Shown: positions 12,102 through 20,322, counted from the stretch's first letter. The stretch: DNA of 64,000 nt from Alphaproteobacteria bacterium (GCA_965249135.1 OZ252220.1:1088001-1152000); one strand, 5' to 3'. Notes: generated by a model from the letters alone, not told the origin. Made by a program: numbers and translations.

Positions 12102-12311
12102 TTACCTATAGGGGCAGTCTTCACGCTCGCAGGCCTTGTCGGGGACTGTGCGATAGACGCCGCAGACCGGGCATTCCTTCATATCCAGCGCGTCCGGGCC
12201 CGACTTCGAGTCTCCCCTGCCGAAGAATCCGGTGATCCATTTGTAGCCGTACCAAAGGACCGCGAGGATGACGGCGGCGACGAAAAGCTTAACGAGATTA
12301 AGCGCAAACAT
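12102..12311 (-). CDS. Small membrane protein with C-terminal Cys cluster
   Basis: 69 aa, N-terminal hydrophobic helix, CPVCG...C...C; abuts glyQ start. Confidence 0.6.
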   Translation of the reverse strand: MFALNLVKLFVAAVILAVLWYGYKWITGFFGRGDSKSGPDALDMKECPVCGVYRTVPDKACEREDCPYR

Positions 12312-12407
12312 GCCGCGTCACGTCTTTCTGTTGCCAAGCCCCTGGCCGTTTCCGAGCCCCTGGTCGCAAACCATACGGGGAGGAAGGCGGGTTGCCAACC
12401 AGCGCGG

Positions 12408-13187
12408 TCACGGCCGGCCGAGGGCAAGTGCGGCGCCCTTGCGAAGCACCGCTTCGAGCTCACGCGTATAGGCCCCCTCGTCATCCTGGAGCAGCAGCGC
12501 GTTGGCGTGGGTCGGCTCGCCTTGCGCCCCTTTGCGGCCCTGAACGAGGACGCGCTTGGCCGGCTTGCCGGCGTTCGCGCGGAGCGGCAAGACCCGGATG
12601 GCGCCCAACTCCCCGGCCAAGAGACCGAGCAGTTCGTCCAGCCGGTCGAAGCGGTGGAGGAAGGTGAGCGTGCCTTCCGGCTTTACCATGCAAACGGCGA
12701 AACGGACCCAGTCGGAAAGCCGCGCCACGTCTTCCACATGGGCCAAGCGCCTTCCTGGATGGGCAGGCCGGCTTCCCTTTGCCGCATCAAAATGGGGCGG
12801 GTTCGCCATCACATGATCGTAAGCGCACTCGCGAAAGCTCAAAGGCGGGTCGAGCAGGTCGCCAAGCCGGATGCGAAGGCGTAGCTCAAATCCGTTTTGG
12901 CGAACGTTCCGCTGGGCAAGCGCGAGCAAGGACGCCTGCAGCTCGATGCCGTCGATGCGCACGTGAGGAAGCCGGCTTGCCAGGCAAAGCGCCGCCGCCC
13001 CGCTGCCGGCACCGACGTCGAGCACGCGCTCGCCCGCTTTCGCGGGCACCGCGGCGGCAAGCAGCACCGGATCGATCGCCACCCGATAGCCGCATTCGGG
13101 TTGCGTCAACTTCACACGCCCGTCGAGCAGCGTGTCTTCTGTCAATGCGGGCGTCAACGCAGGCGTCAACGGATTTTTGTTTTCCAT
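12408..13187 (-). CDS. tRNA1(Val) adenine(37)-N6 methyltransferase family (YfiC/TrmN6)
   Basis: GYRVAIDPVLLAA, VLDVGAGSGAAAL (SAM motif I), NPP motif. Confidence 0.85.
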   Translation of the reverse strand: MENKNPLTPALTPALTEDTLLDGRVKLTQPECGYRVAIDPVLLAAAVPAKAGERVLDVGAGSGAAALCLASRLPHVRIDGIELQASLLALAQRNVRQNGFELRLRIRLGDLLDPPLSFRECAYDHVMANPPHFDAAKGSRPAHPGRRLAHVEDVARLSDWVRFAVCMVKPEGTLTFLHRFDRLDELLGLLAGELGAIRVLPLRANAGKPAKRVLVQGRKGAQGEPTHANALLLQDDEGAYTRELEAVLRKGAALALGRP

Positions 13188-13188
13188 C

Positions 13189-13395
13189 TCAAGCCCGCTC
13201 CGCTTCTTCCAGAATGCCTTGCGCACGGGGAAAGTCGTCGTCGGCCACCATCACCCGACGCGGGATCGCGTTTGCGCTGCCTTCCAGAATGCTCATATGT
13301 GAATCGAACACGACCGCCTCGATGGCCGCGTCCTTGAACCGTGCCATCAACCACGAAAGCAGCACCGGATCGTTCGTACGCAACAATTCCTTCAT
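13189..13395 (-). CDS. DUF2007 family small protein
   Basis: MKELLRTNDPVLLS...DSHMSILEGS...IPRRVMV; usual position between ispB and the methyltransferase. Confidence 0.8.
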   Translation of the reverse strand: MKELLRTNDPVLLSWLMARFKDAAIEAVVFDSHMSILEGSANAIPRRVMVADDDFPRAQGILEEAERA

Positions 13396-13479
13396 GACGA
13401 GAAGCGGCTTGACCGGTGTGGAAGGGGACTTCTATGCTCCCCGAAACGGCTAGATGTCAAGCAACGCTAGGGTGTCAGG

Positions 13480-14499
13480 GTGGGAGTCGTTGTAAATCTG
13501 GAAAGCGCCGATCGAAAGACGCGCGCCGCCTTCGATCGGGTCAGCGCCTTGGTCCGAGAGGACCTCGAGGCCGTCAACCGGGTCATCCTCGACAATTTGC
13601 AAAGCCGCGCACCGCTGATCCCGCAGCTTGCCAATCATCTCATCGCGTCGGGCGGCAAGCGCCTGCGCCCGATGCTGACTCTCGCCTCGGCCCGGCTGTG
13701 CGGCTATGCGGGCACGCGCCATGTCGGCCTTGCGGCGAGCGTCGAATTCATCCACACGGCGACGTTGCTCCATGACGACGTCGTCGACGCAAGCGATCTC
13801 AGGCGCGGCGAGGCTTCGGCGAATGCGCTTTGGGGAAATGAATCGAGCGTGCTGGTCGGTGACTTCCTGTTTGCGCGCGCCTTCCGGCTCATGGTGGCGG
13901 ACGGATCCTTGAAGGTGCTCACCATCCTTTCGGACGCAGCCAGCACGATCGCGGAAGGCGAGGTGCTGCAGCTTTCGACGTCGAACGATCCGGAGACCAG
14001 CGAGGCGAGCTATCTGGAGGTCGTGCAGGCGAAGACCGCCGCCCTGTTCGCGGCCGCCTGCGAGGTCGGCGCCGTGCTGGCGGACCGCCCGCAAATCGAG
14101 GAGGAGGCGCTTCGGAGCTATGGCCTCAACTTAGGGACCGCGTTCCAGCTGGTCGACGACGTGCTCGACTATTCCGCCCACGAAAAGACGCTGGGCAAGA
14201 CGATCGGCGACGATTTCCGGGAAGGAAAGATCACGCTGCCCGTCGTGCTGGCCTTCCGCCGCGGGGATGAAGAGGAGCGCCGCTTCTGGTGCCGGACCGT
14301 CGAGGAGCTGAACCAGAGGGAAGGCGACCTTGCACGCGCCATCGAGACGATGGCGGGCCGCGATGCGCTCACCGATACGATCGCGCGCGCGCGCCACTAT
14401 GGATCGGTGGCCCGCGATGCGCTCGGCATCTTCCCGGACGGACCGGAGAAGGAGGCGTTGGCCGACCTCGTCGATTTTTGCATCGAGCGGACCTATTAG
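13480..14499 (+). CDS. ispB: Octaprenyl/decaprenyl diphosphate synthase
   Basis: GGKRLRP, LLHDDVVD and FQLVDDVLDY aspartate-rich motifs. Confidence 0.93.
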   Translation: MGVVVNLESADRKTRAAFDRVSALVREDLEAVNRVILDNLQSRAPLIPQLANHLIASGGKRLRPMLTLASARLCGYAGTRHVGLAASVEFIHTATLLHDDVVDASDLRRGEASANALWGNESSVLVGDFLFARAFRLMVADGSLKVLTILSDAASTIAEGEVLQLSTSNDPETSEASYLEVVQAKTAALFAAACEVGAVLADRPQIEEEALRSYGLNLGTAFQLVDDVLDYSAHEKTLGKTIGDDFREGKITLPVVLAFRRGDEEERRFWCRTVEELNQREGDLARAIETMAGRDALTDTIARARHYGSVARDALGIFPDGPEKEALADLVDFCIERTY

Positions 14500-14547
14500 C
14501 GCGTAAGGTGCGTGCTTTATGCGCCGAGATTGTTTAGGAGGTGTGAA

Positions 14548-15635
14548 ATGCCATTACCCCCCCTGGCTGTTCTGGCTCTGCTAGCAAGAAGGCTCCGCAC
14601 CCTGCGCCGATTGTTCATCCTCCTGATCGGCGGACCCCTTTTCGCCATCGGAGTCATTGCCGCACTCCTGATCTTCCTCGACCAGTTGACGGCGCGGCGG
14701 GCGGAGGCGATCGTCGCCGGCTTGGGTGGCCCCACCCAGCAAGCCACCGTTATCAATGTCGCGACATGGGTGGCGACGGAGTTCGATCAACACCTAGATG
14801 ACGCGCCCTGGTACCGGAAATACGACTTCTTATTGTCGCACCGGATCATGCCGGGGTTTTTGAGGTTGAAGCGCGGCTCTCTCGCATTGCTGTACATGGA
14901 TGGTGCATGCAACAACATGAGCTGGGTTCTGGAACGCCTCTATACCGAGCTTGGGATAGAAGCCATCCAGCACAACTGGATCGGGGCAAGCTCCGCGCAC
15001 TCCGCACTTTCTGTGCGGCTGAATGGCGCTTGGGCCTGGGTCGATCCCTTCTACGGCGTCGCTTTCGCCGAAAGAGGAAAACTCATCTCTTTGTCCCGCT
15101 TACAAGAACTGGTATCCGCGGGCGCCGAGCCTAAGGAGAATACATGATCGCCTTGAGCGAGAAACCCGTGTTGCGGGCCTACGATGGAATCGATAGTGTT
15201 TCCCATGGGCGCGACGGTGATCCGGTCCATGCAACCATACTTTTGCCGCTTGAAGGAGGCGCCATAACGGTCGGAAGACTTGACGGTCAATGGACCGACG
15301 TCTTCAAACAGGGGCTGCAAAGGGAACTGACCAGCCATCTACATTATGTCGGCCCGCGGCACAGTCGCTATTTCTTCTTCCGCTTCGCTGTCTTACCTTC
15401 CGCCGCACCACGTGGATTCCGGATTGTCTATCACTTGTTGGACGCGATTGATCCCGACAACCTTCCCGTAAGCAACGTCGAGCCCCGGCTGGATGCGAAC
15501 CGGCTGATTTACGAAACGACCGACCCGAGCCAGGGGATCCGCTTATCCTATAAGGACATGCGATGGACTTTGACCAATCTGTTCCGACGCCGCTCCTGGT
15601 ACAACGTCGACATGGTTGAGTTCGTGCCACTGTGA
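14548..15635 (+). pseudogene. Transglutaminase-like membrane protein, split into two ORFs (14548-15147, 15144-15635)
   Basis: N-terminal TM helix, Cys-His-Asp triad pattern (GACNNMS, SAHSALSV, WAWVDP). Second ORF continues in another frame at 15144, so either a frameshifted gene or two coupled genes. Confidence 0.45.
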
Positions 15636-15641
15636 TGACGG

Positions 15642-15713
15642 TTCGGGAGTGGCCGCCGCTTCCATTTCACGGACCCCGATGGGTACGAGCTCGCAGTGTG
15701 GACGAAAGCCTAG
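15642..15713 (+). pseudogene. C-terminal remnant of a VOC/glyoxalase family gene
   Basis: Reads FGSGRRFHFTDPDGYELAVWTKA*, the typical VOC C-terminus, with no upstream coding part. Confidence 0.6.
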
Positions 15714-15776
15714 AAGCGGGCCGCCTTCGCCGCTTGTCGGACGTCCGACTTTAAGGGTATAAGGCGGCCCTTGGTT

Positions 15777-15853
15777 CGGAGTGTAGCTCAGCCTGGTAGA
15801 GCACCGTCTTCGGGAGGCGGGGGTCGGTGGTTCAAGTCCACTCACTCCGACCA
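15777..15853 (+). tRNA. tRNA-Pro(CGG)
   Basis: 77 nt CGGAGTG...CACTCCG-ACCA acceptor stem, anticodon arm CCGTC-TTCGGGA-GGCGG, T-loop TTCAAGT, encoded CCA. Confidence 0.97.
15809..15853 (+). repeat. att core, left copy (within tRNA)
   Basis: TTCGGGAGGCGGGGGTCGGTGGTTCAAGTCCACTCACTCCGACCA, 44/45 identical to 54386-54430. Confidence 0.95.
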
Positions 15854-15893
15854 GTGTTTTCAATGACTTAAATTAAAAAAAACAGTGCGCTGT

Positions 15894-15909
15894 TGGTTCA
15901 AATGAACCA
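15894..15909. promoter_or_regulatory. Palindromic putative integrase arm/recombination accessory site
   Basis: TGGTTCAAATGAACCA; counterpart TGGTTCATTTGAACCA at 54274-54289 inside the other prophage end. Confidence 0.55.
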
Positions 15910-15936
15910 TAGGAGAGAAAAATGGTCCCAATTAAA

Positions 15937-16086
15937 GGGGATTATATACGAAAGTCACATTTTACCGGTAAAGAGGATGGCCGGTGCATCTGCAACAGAA
16001 AAGGTGTCATTTAAGTCACGATTTCGCCACATCTCTGGCAGTTCAGCAATGCCAGCGCCAAAATGTGACTTTCGTATATAATCCCC
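15937..16086. mobile_element. 150-bp MITE with perfect 27-bp terminal inverted repeats, IS1595 (ISNwi1-group)-like ends
   Basis: GGGGATTATATACGAAAGTCACATTTT (15937-15963) and its exact reverse complement (16060-16086); ggnnatTAT terminus. Confidence 0.75.
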
Positions 16087-16206
16087 AAAAATATAGGGAG
16101 GTTTCATATTGACGAAGGCCTAGATGTGCACAGAATTATGGGGGCACTTGAGAAGGCCGGTGGATGACCCTGAAATTATCTTCGGGGAAGATGTTCGAGT
16201 GCTGTT

Positions 16207-16896
16207 CTATTTAGCAGCGGCCGTTAACGCTACGATAATTCCAATAATCGCTATGCCAGCGCTGACGACGACCGGAACAATCCATCTTATGCTATCTACC
16301 GAGGTAGTGAGCCTAGTAACGTCAGTGGCTAATTCCGCCACGTTACTACTTAAGGAGCGGAGCGTCGTCATCATTTCCGATAATGCCATACCTTCGCTTT
16401 CGGTGATGAACTCGATTTCTTCTGCGCCAAGTTCATCCCTGTCCTGGTAGGGGCCGTTATATGGCTCGCTCGCGGCTTCCTCAAGGCGGTGGAACTCGAC
16501 AGAAATCAGATCATCTTTGTGCGGCAGAGAAACAGGCTTTGGCGTCAAGTTTGTGAGTCCGATTATCAACCGCCCCCGATAGCCGGGGTCGATTTGGGGG
16601 CCAGTGGTCGCGATTAGACCCTTCCGGGCATATTTCGAACGAAGGCCAAATCGAGCGGCGTATTGAGCGCCGAGCTCTATTTTCTCAAAAACCACTACTA
16701 CCGCAAAGTCGCCGGGCGCAAGTTGAACAAACCCATCTTTCTTAATATCAACCCTGCGTTTGGTGCTTGTAGTGGCCCCCTGATCTCCAACCCTTAGATC
16801 GTAAGTTGCAGCCTGGACTTGCCGATCGTCAAACGGCTCAATCTTGATGTCACCATTCTCCACAGCTTCTCTAATCTGACGATCAGTAAGAATCAT
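16207..16896 (-). CDS. dCTP deaminase/trimeric dUTPase-fold protein with C-terminal coiled coil and transmembrane helix
   Basis: MILTDRQI...VQAATYDLRVG...RSKYARKGL...IDPGYRG...Y-G-YQ; tail WIVPVVVSAGIAIIGIIVALTAAAK; RBS AGGAG upstream; lower GC than host. Confidence 0.85.
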   Translation of the reverse strand: MILTDRQIREAVENGDIKIEPFDDRQVQAATYDLRVGDQGATTSTKRRVDIKKDGFVQLAPGDFAVVVVFEKIELGAQYAARFGLRSKYARKGLIATTGPQIDPGYRGRLIIGLTNLTPKPVSLPHKDDLISVEFHRLEEAASEPYNGPYQDRDELGAEEIEFITESEGMALSEMMTTLRSLSSNVAELATDVTRLTTSVDSIRWIVPVVVSAGIAIIGIIVALTAAAK

Positions 16897-16915
16897 TGGC
16901 TTATTCTCCTAGTGC

Positions 16916-16944
16916 ACTATAGAACAAAATAAGAACAAATACAA
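16916..16944 (-). promoter_or_regulatory. Sigma70 promoter with alphaproteobacterial LexA (SOS) box in its spacer
   Basis: Minus strand TTGTAT-17 nt-TATAGT; the spacer holds GTTC-TTATTTT-GTTC (plus strand GAAC-N7-GAAC at 16922-16936). Confidence 0.8.
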
Positions 16945-17139
16945 CCACCCTGAATGCTCTTACTTGTCCTAATTTGAAAGCCGGGCGTCCTATTTAGGAC
17001 AGCACCCTAAGCATCGGCACCTGGATATCGGATACGTAGTATCACGGTGGACGCAGGCCAAGCCAGAGCAGTGTTGGAAAAGCTGAAGCGCGGGGAAAAA
17101 CGCGGGGAAAACCCGCTAAGAGGTTGAAGCGTAAAAAAG

Positions 17140-18196
17140 GGGGATTATATACGAAAGTCACATTTTACCGGTAAAGAGGATGGCCGGTGCATCTGCAACA
17201 GAAAAGGTGTCATTTAAGTCACGATTTCGCCACATCTCTGGCAGTTCAGCGGTGGCTCTTTCCCGGCGCTTTCTTGCTCATGATCCGTCCTCTTGTAACG
17301 CGTTATTTGCGCACCCTTGTAGCCTTCGCTTAGGTCCGCTAGATCATTGTCGGGGCCCTGCCTAATTCATAACGCGCAGGCGCATCGCTGTTCTTTTGCT
17401 TCGCCATAATCGCATCATAGTGCTGATGTACATCAATGTACATTGATGCGCTTGCTGCCTAATGGGGAGTTAAGTATATAATTCCCCAATTAAAGGGGAT
17501 TATATACGAAAGTCACATTTTACCGGTAAAGAGGATGGCCGGTGCATCTGCAACAGAAAAGGTGTCATTTAAGTCACGATTTCGCCACATCTCTGGCAGT
17601 TCAGCGGTGGCTCTTTCCCGGCGCTTTCTTGCTCATGATCCGTCCTCTTGTAACGCGTTATTTGCGCACCCTTGTAGCCTTCGCTTAGGTCCGCTAGATC
17701 ATTGTCGGGGCCCTGCCTAATTCATAACGCGCAGGCGCATCGCTGTTCTTTTGCTTCGCCATAATCGCATCATAGTGCTGATGTACATCAATGTACATTG
17801 ATGCGCTTGCTGCCTAATGGGGAGTTAAGTATATAATTCCCCAATTAAAGGGGATTATATACGAAAGTCACATTTTACCGGTAAAGAGGATGGCCGGTGC
17901 ATCTGCAACAGAAAAGGTGTCATTTAAGTCACGATTTCGCCACATCTCTGGCAGTTCAGCGGTGGCTCTTTCCCGGCGCTTTCTTGCTCATGATCCGTCC
18001 TCTTGTAACGCGTTATTTGCGCACCCTTGTAGCCTTCGCTTAGGTCCGCTAGATCATTGTCGGGGCCCTGCCTAATTCATAACGCGCAGGCGCATCGCTG
18101 TTCTTTTGCTTCGCCATAATCGCATCATAGTGCTGATGTACATCAATGTACATTGATGCGCTTGCTGCCTAATGGGGAGTTAAGTATATAATTCCC
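17140..18196. repeat. Three identical head-to-tail copies (period 355 bp) of a 347-bp internally deleted IS1595-like element
   Basis: Units start at 17140, 17495, 17850. Each has left IR GGGGATTATATAC and right IR GTATATAATTCCC, separated by CAATTAAA. Minus strand encodes RBS plus MSKKAPGKSHR* (17246-17281), resembling an IS1595 transposase N-terminus. Confidence 0.85.
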
Positions 18197-18359
18197 CAAA
18201 AAAAAGATGGAAAAAAGAGGAGTCTACTTGACACAAAACGAAGATTAGAGGAGTACACTTGTCACAGCTTGGGGCAAGCAGGATTCCAATAATGATCGAT
18301 TACTCAGCCCGCCTTTCAGCGGCATATCCGATGGGAACACCTGCGCACTCTCTGACCCA

Positions 18360-18467
18360 CTACCCGCCGATGACGCCGGTGAAGCTGAGAACGGCAAGCA
18401 CAACGATGATGAAGGCAAAAATAATCAACCCCCATTTGATGTTCGGATTGTCCTGGAAAAAACGCAT
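18360..18467 (-). CDS. 35-aa single-pass membrane peptide
   Basis: MRFFQDNPNIKWGLIIFAFIIVVLAVLSFTGVIGG*, with RBS AGGAG 8 nt upstream; below the ORF-track cutoff. Confidence 0.6.
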   Translation of the reverse strand: MRFFQDNPNIKWGLIIFAFIIVVLAVLSFTGVIGG

Positions 18468-18639
18468 GGTCTTGTTCTCCTAACAGCTCAAGCATAAAAA
18501 ACCCGCCCGGACTTCAACTGGCCGATCGCGGGGAAATCAAAGACACCCATGTTGTCAGACGCCAAAATGCGAAGACGCACTTGCGGACGGACCGCGATGG
18601 CAGGAAAAGCAACAACCTCGATTACATGGCTGGCGGCGG

Positions 18640-18861
18640 CTAAAGCCAGTAGGTGAAGCGCGGCTTCATAACGCGTTCATTCCTGTAATCGTCGAGATTC
18701 CGATACAGGTTGGCCGTTATGGAGCCGTCTTCATCGTCCCGGAATATTTCGCTCGCGATATAAATTTTATCGTCCAAGACGACGAGATAATCATAGTTTC
18801 TCAGCATCATCACCTGCTTTTCTTCGTCATCAAAGGGACGGTACGTGAACAGCATGATCAT
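18640..18861 (-). CDS. Hypothetical protein (73 aa)
   Basis: AT-rich ORF with protein-like composition inside the repeat-bounded cassette. Confidence 0.55.
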   Translation of the reverse strand: MIMLFTYRPFDDEEKQVMMLRNYDYLVVLDDKIYIASEIFRDDEDGSITANLYRNLDDYRNERVMKPRFTYWL

Positions 18862-18914
18862 TTCCAGTTTGCAATTGACTTTGTGACAGAGCTACTGACC
18901 CACTACCCGTCCTA

Positions 18915-19018
18915 GGGTGTTGTTGACCGCGTGCCGGGTTGGCACCAGATTAAGCGCCAACACCCCTTGCGGTTTCATCCGCAGGGCGCGGGGCCTCTTC
19001 GGAGGCCCTTGCTTTTTT
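18915..19018 (+). ncRNA. Candidate structured small RNA ending in a rho-independent terminator
   Basis: Stems GGGTGTTG/CAACACCC, GTGCC/GGCAC, CCTTGCGG/CCGCAGGG, then GGGCCTC-TTCG-GAGGCCC followed by T6. Confidence 0.45.
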
Positions 19019-19285
19019 GGACAACCGATGCGCACCACCATCTATCCCCTAGCAAGCGGGTACGCCTTCCGATGGCGGGGAATGTGGTAGACCATGACTT
19101 CATTGAGCGTGAGATGAACCGGATGCCCGGGTTCGTACAGCTCACGGAGATGCTAAATGACGGACACTAAACGCAAATCCAAGCCCAAGCCCATAACGTG
19201 TGGAAAACCCGATCCTGATTCGCAGGCCCCCGCCCAAATGAACCCCAACGCGATTACGACAGCCGCGAAGGTTTGGGCCAATTCT

Positions 19286-19861
19286 CTAAGGCTTTTTAGG
19301 AGCTTCTGCATCTCTGCCTCCTAACAGTTTCCCTAGGGCCTGGAGAGGGCCCGCGCCTTTGATTCCCATTTTTTCGCTCGACCGCTTGTAGACATAGATG
19401 CCGAGGACCGAGAGCCCGATGCCCCAAAGTGCGGTGAGCTCGGCGATTGAACTCACAACGCGCCCGGTACGTTCTGGATGCCAGGCAATCACGTAGGCAA
19501 CGGCGAGCATCTGTGCGAGCCAAGTAAACGCCATGATGTAGCCGAAGGTCGGACGCATCCGGGCGACGTACTTGTCCTTGCTGGTGCTTTCCACCCGCAT
19601 CGTTTTGTTGATGGTCTCAAGGCGGCGGGTTTCCTGCTCATACATGCCAAGCTCGAAGGCTTGCGCCGCCTTCTGAAATTCCAGTTGTTTCGTCGGGTCC
19701 GCTTTGAGGGCGTCGAGTGCCGCCTGACCGTCGTCCTGGCCGGTGATGATCTTCGCCATGCCGACAATTTCATTCGCCGCCTCTTCCGCCTTCTCGCCGC
19801 CAAGCCAGCGGGCCAAATACGGGGCAGCCACTTCAGCGATGCCGAGCGCGAGTGAGATCAT
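19286..19861 (-). CDS. Holin, 3TM (gene-transfer-release type) family
   Basis: N-terminal helix, coiled region, RMRPTFGY then two TM helices ending YVYKRSSEK; next to endolysin. Confidence 0.8.
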   Translation of the reverse strand: MISLALGIAEVAAPYLARWLGGEKAEEAANEIVGMAKIITGQDDGQAALDALKADPTKQLEFQKAAQAFELGMYEQETRRLETINKTMRVESTSKDKYVARMRPTFGYIMAFTWLAQMLAVAYVIAWHPERTGRVVSSIAELTALWGIGLSVLGIYVYKRSSEKMGIKGAGPLQALGKLLGGRDAEAPKKP

Positions 19862-20322
19862 GTTGCACCTTCATAAAGCTGGACAAATTTTTCGACGCGG
19901 CCCGCGCCGAGGGGCGTATTGTAGTGCTGCTTCCAGTAGGCGGCGAGATCGAAGACGTCCTCGGCCGCCGGCAGGGGCTCAGGCCTTCGCAAGTAGTGGA
20001 CGCGCACCATCGCCGTCGCATAGGCAAGATTCGTTACGAGCTGAGCGTGGCGGTCGGGTTCCTTCGCGAGAAAGGCATCGACTTGAAGCGGTAAAGCGTC
20101 ATTTCGGAAATCGAGGAAATTCTTCCAAATGTCGTCATGGGTGGCGGGCTCCATCTGATAGAGGCCAAGCGCCGGCCCCTCGCCATGTTGCCGGAGATAG
20201 GTAAGGCGGCTTTCGGCAAGCGCCGTTCCCAAAAGCAGATTCTCGGCCGCCTCCGACCACAGACCGATCTTCTGAAGGATCGGTCGAATGACGTGTTTCC
20301 GAAAATGAATCGGCGCGATCAT
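19858..20322 (-). CDS. Lysozyme/transglycosylase-like endolysin
   Basis: LLLGTALAES (catalytic Glu), GPALGLYQMEPAT, YWKQHYNT. Confidence 0.8.
   Translation of the reverse strand: MIAPIHFRKHVIRPILQKIGLWSEAAENLLLGTALAESRLTYLRQHGEGPALGLYQMEPATHDDIWKNFLDFRNDALPLQVDAFLAKEPDRHAQLVTNLAYATAMVRVHYLRRPEPLPAAEDVFDLAAYWKQHYNTPLGAGRVEKFVQLYEGAT

Larger units (their letters stand above)
18352..18909. repeat. 15-bp direct repeats CTGACCCACTACCCG bracketing a micro-cassette
   Basis: Exact copies at 18352-18366 and 18895-18909. Confidence 0.7.

Noticed and set aside
17140-18196. CRISPR array or three 61-aa genes (MAGASATEKV...)
   Set aside because: Units are 355 bp and identical with no unique spacers or cas genes; the 61-aa ORF crosses the MITE/transposase fusion and is likely incidental
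18228-18259. Plus-strand promoter for an antisense RNA to the 35-aa peptide
   Set aside because: TTGACA is present but the best -10 (TACACT) is 20 bp away, outside normal spacing
19072-19285. Further IS1595 passenger or transposase fragments
   Set aside because: Short ORFs (MAGNVVDHDF..., MTDTKRKSKPKP...) show no motif I can support
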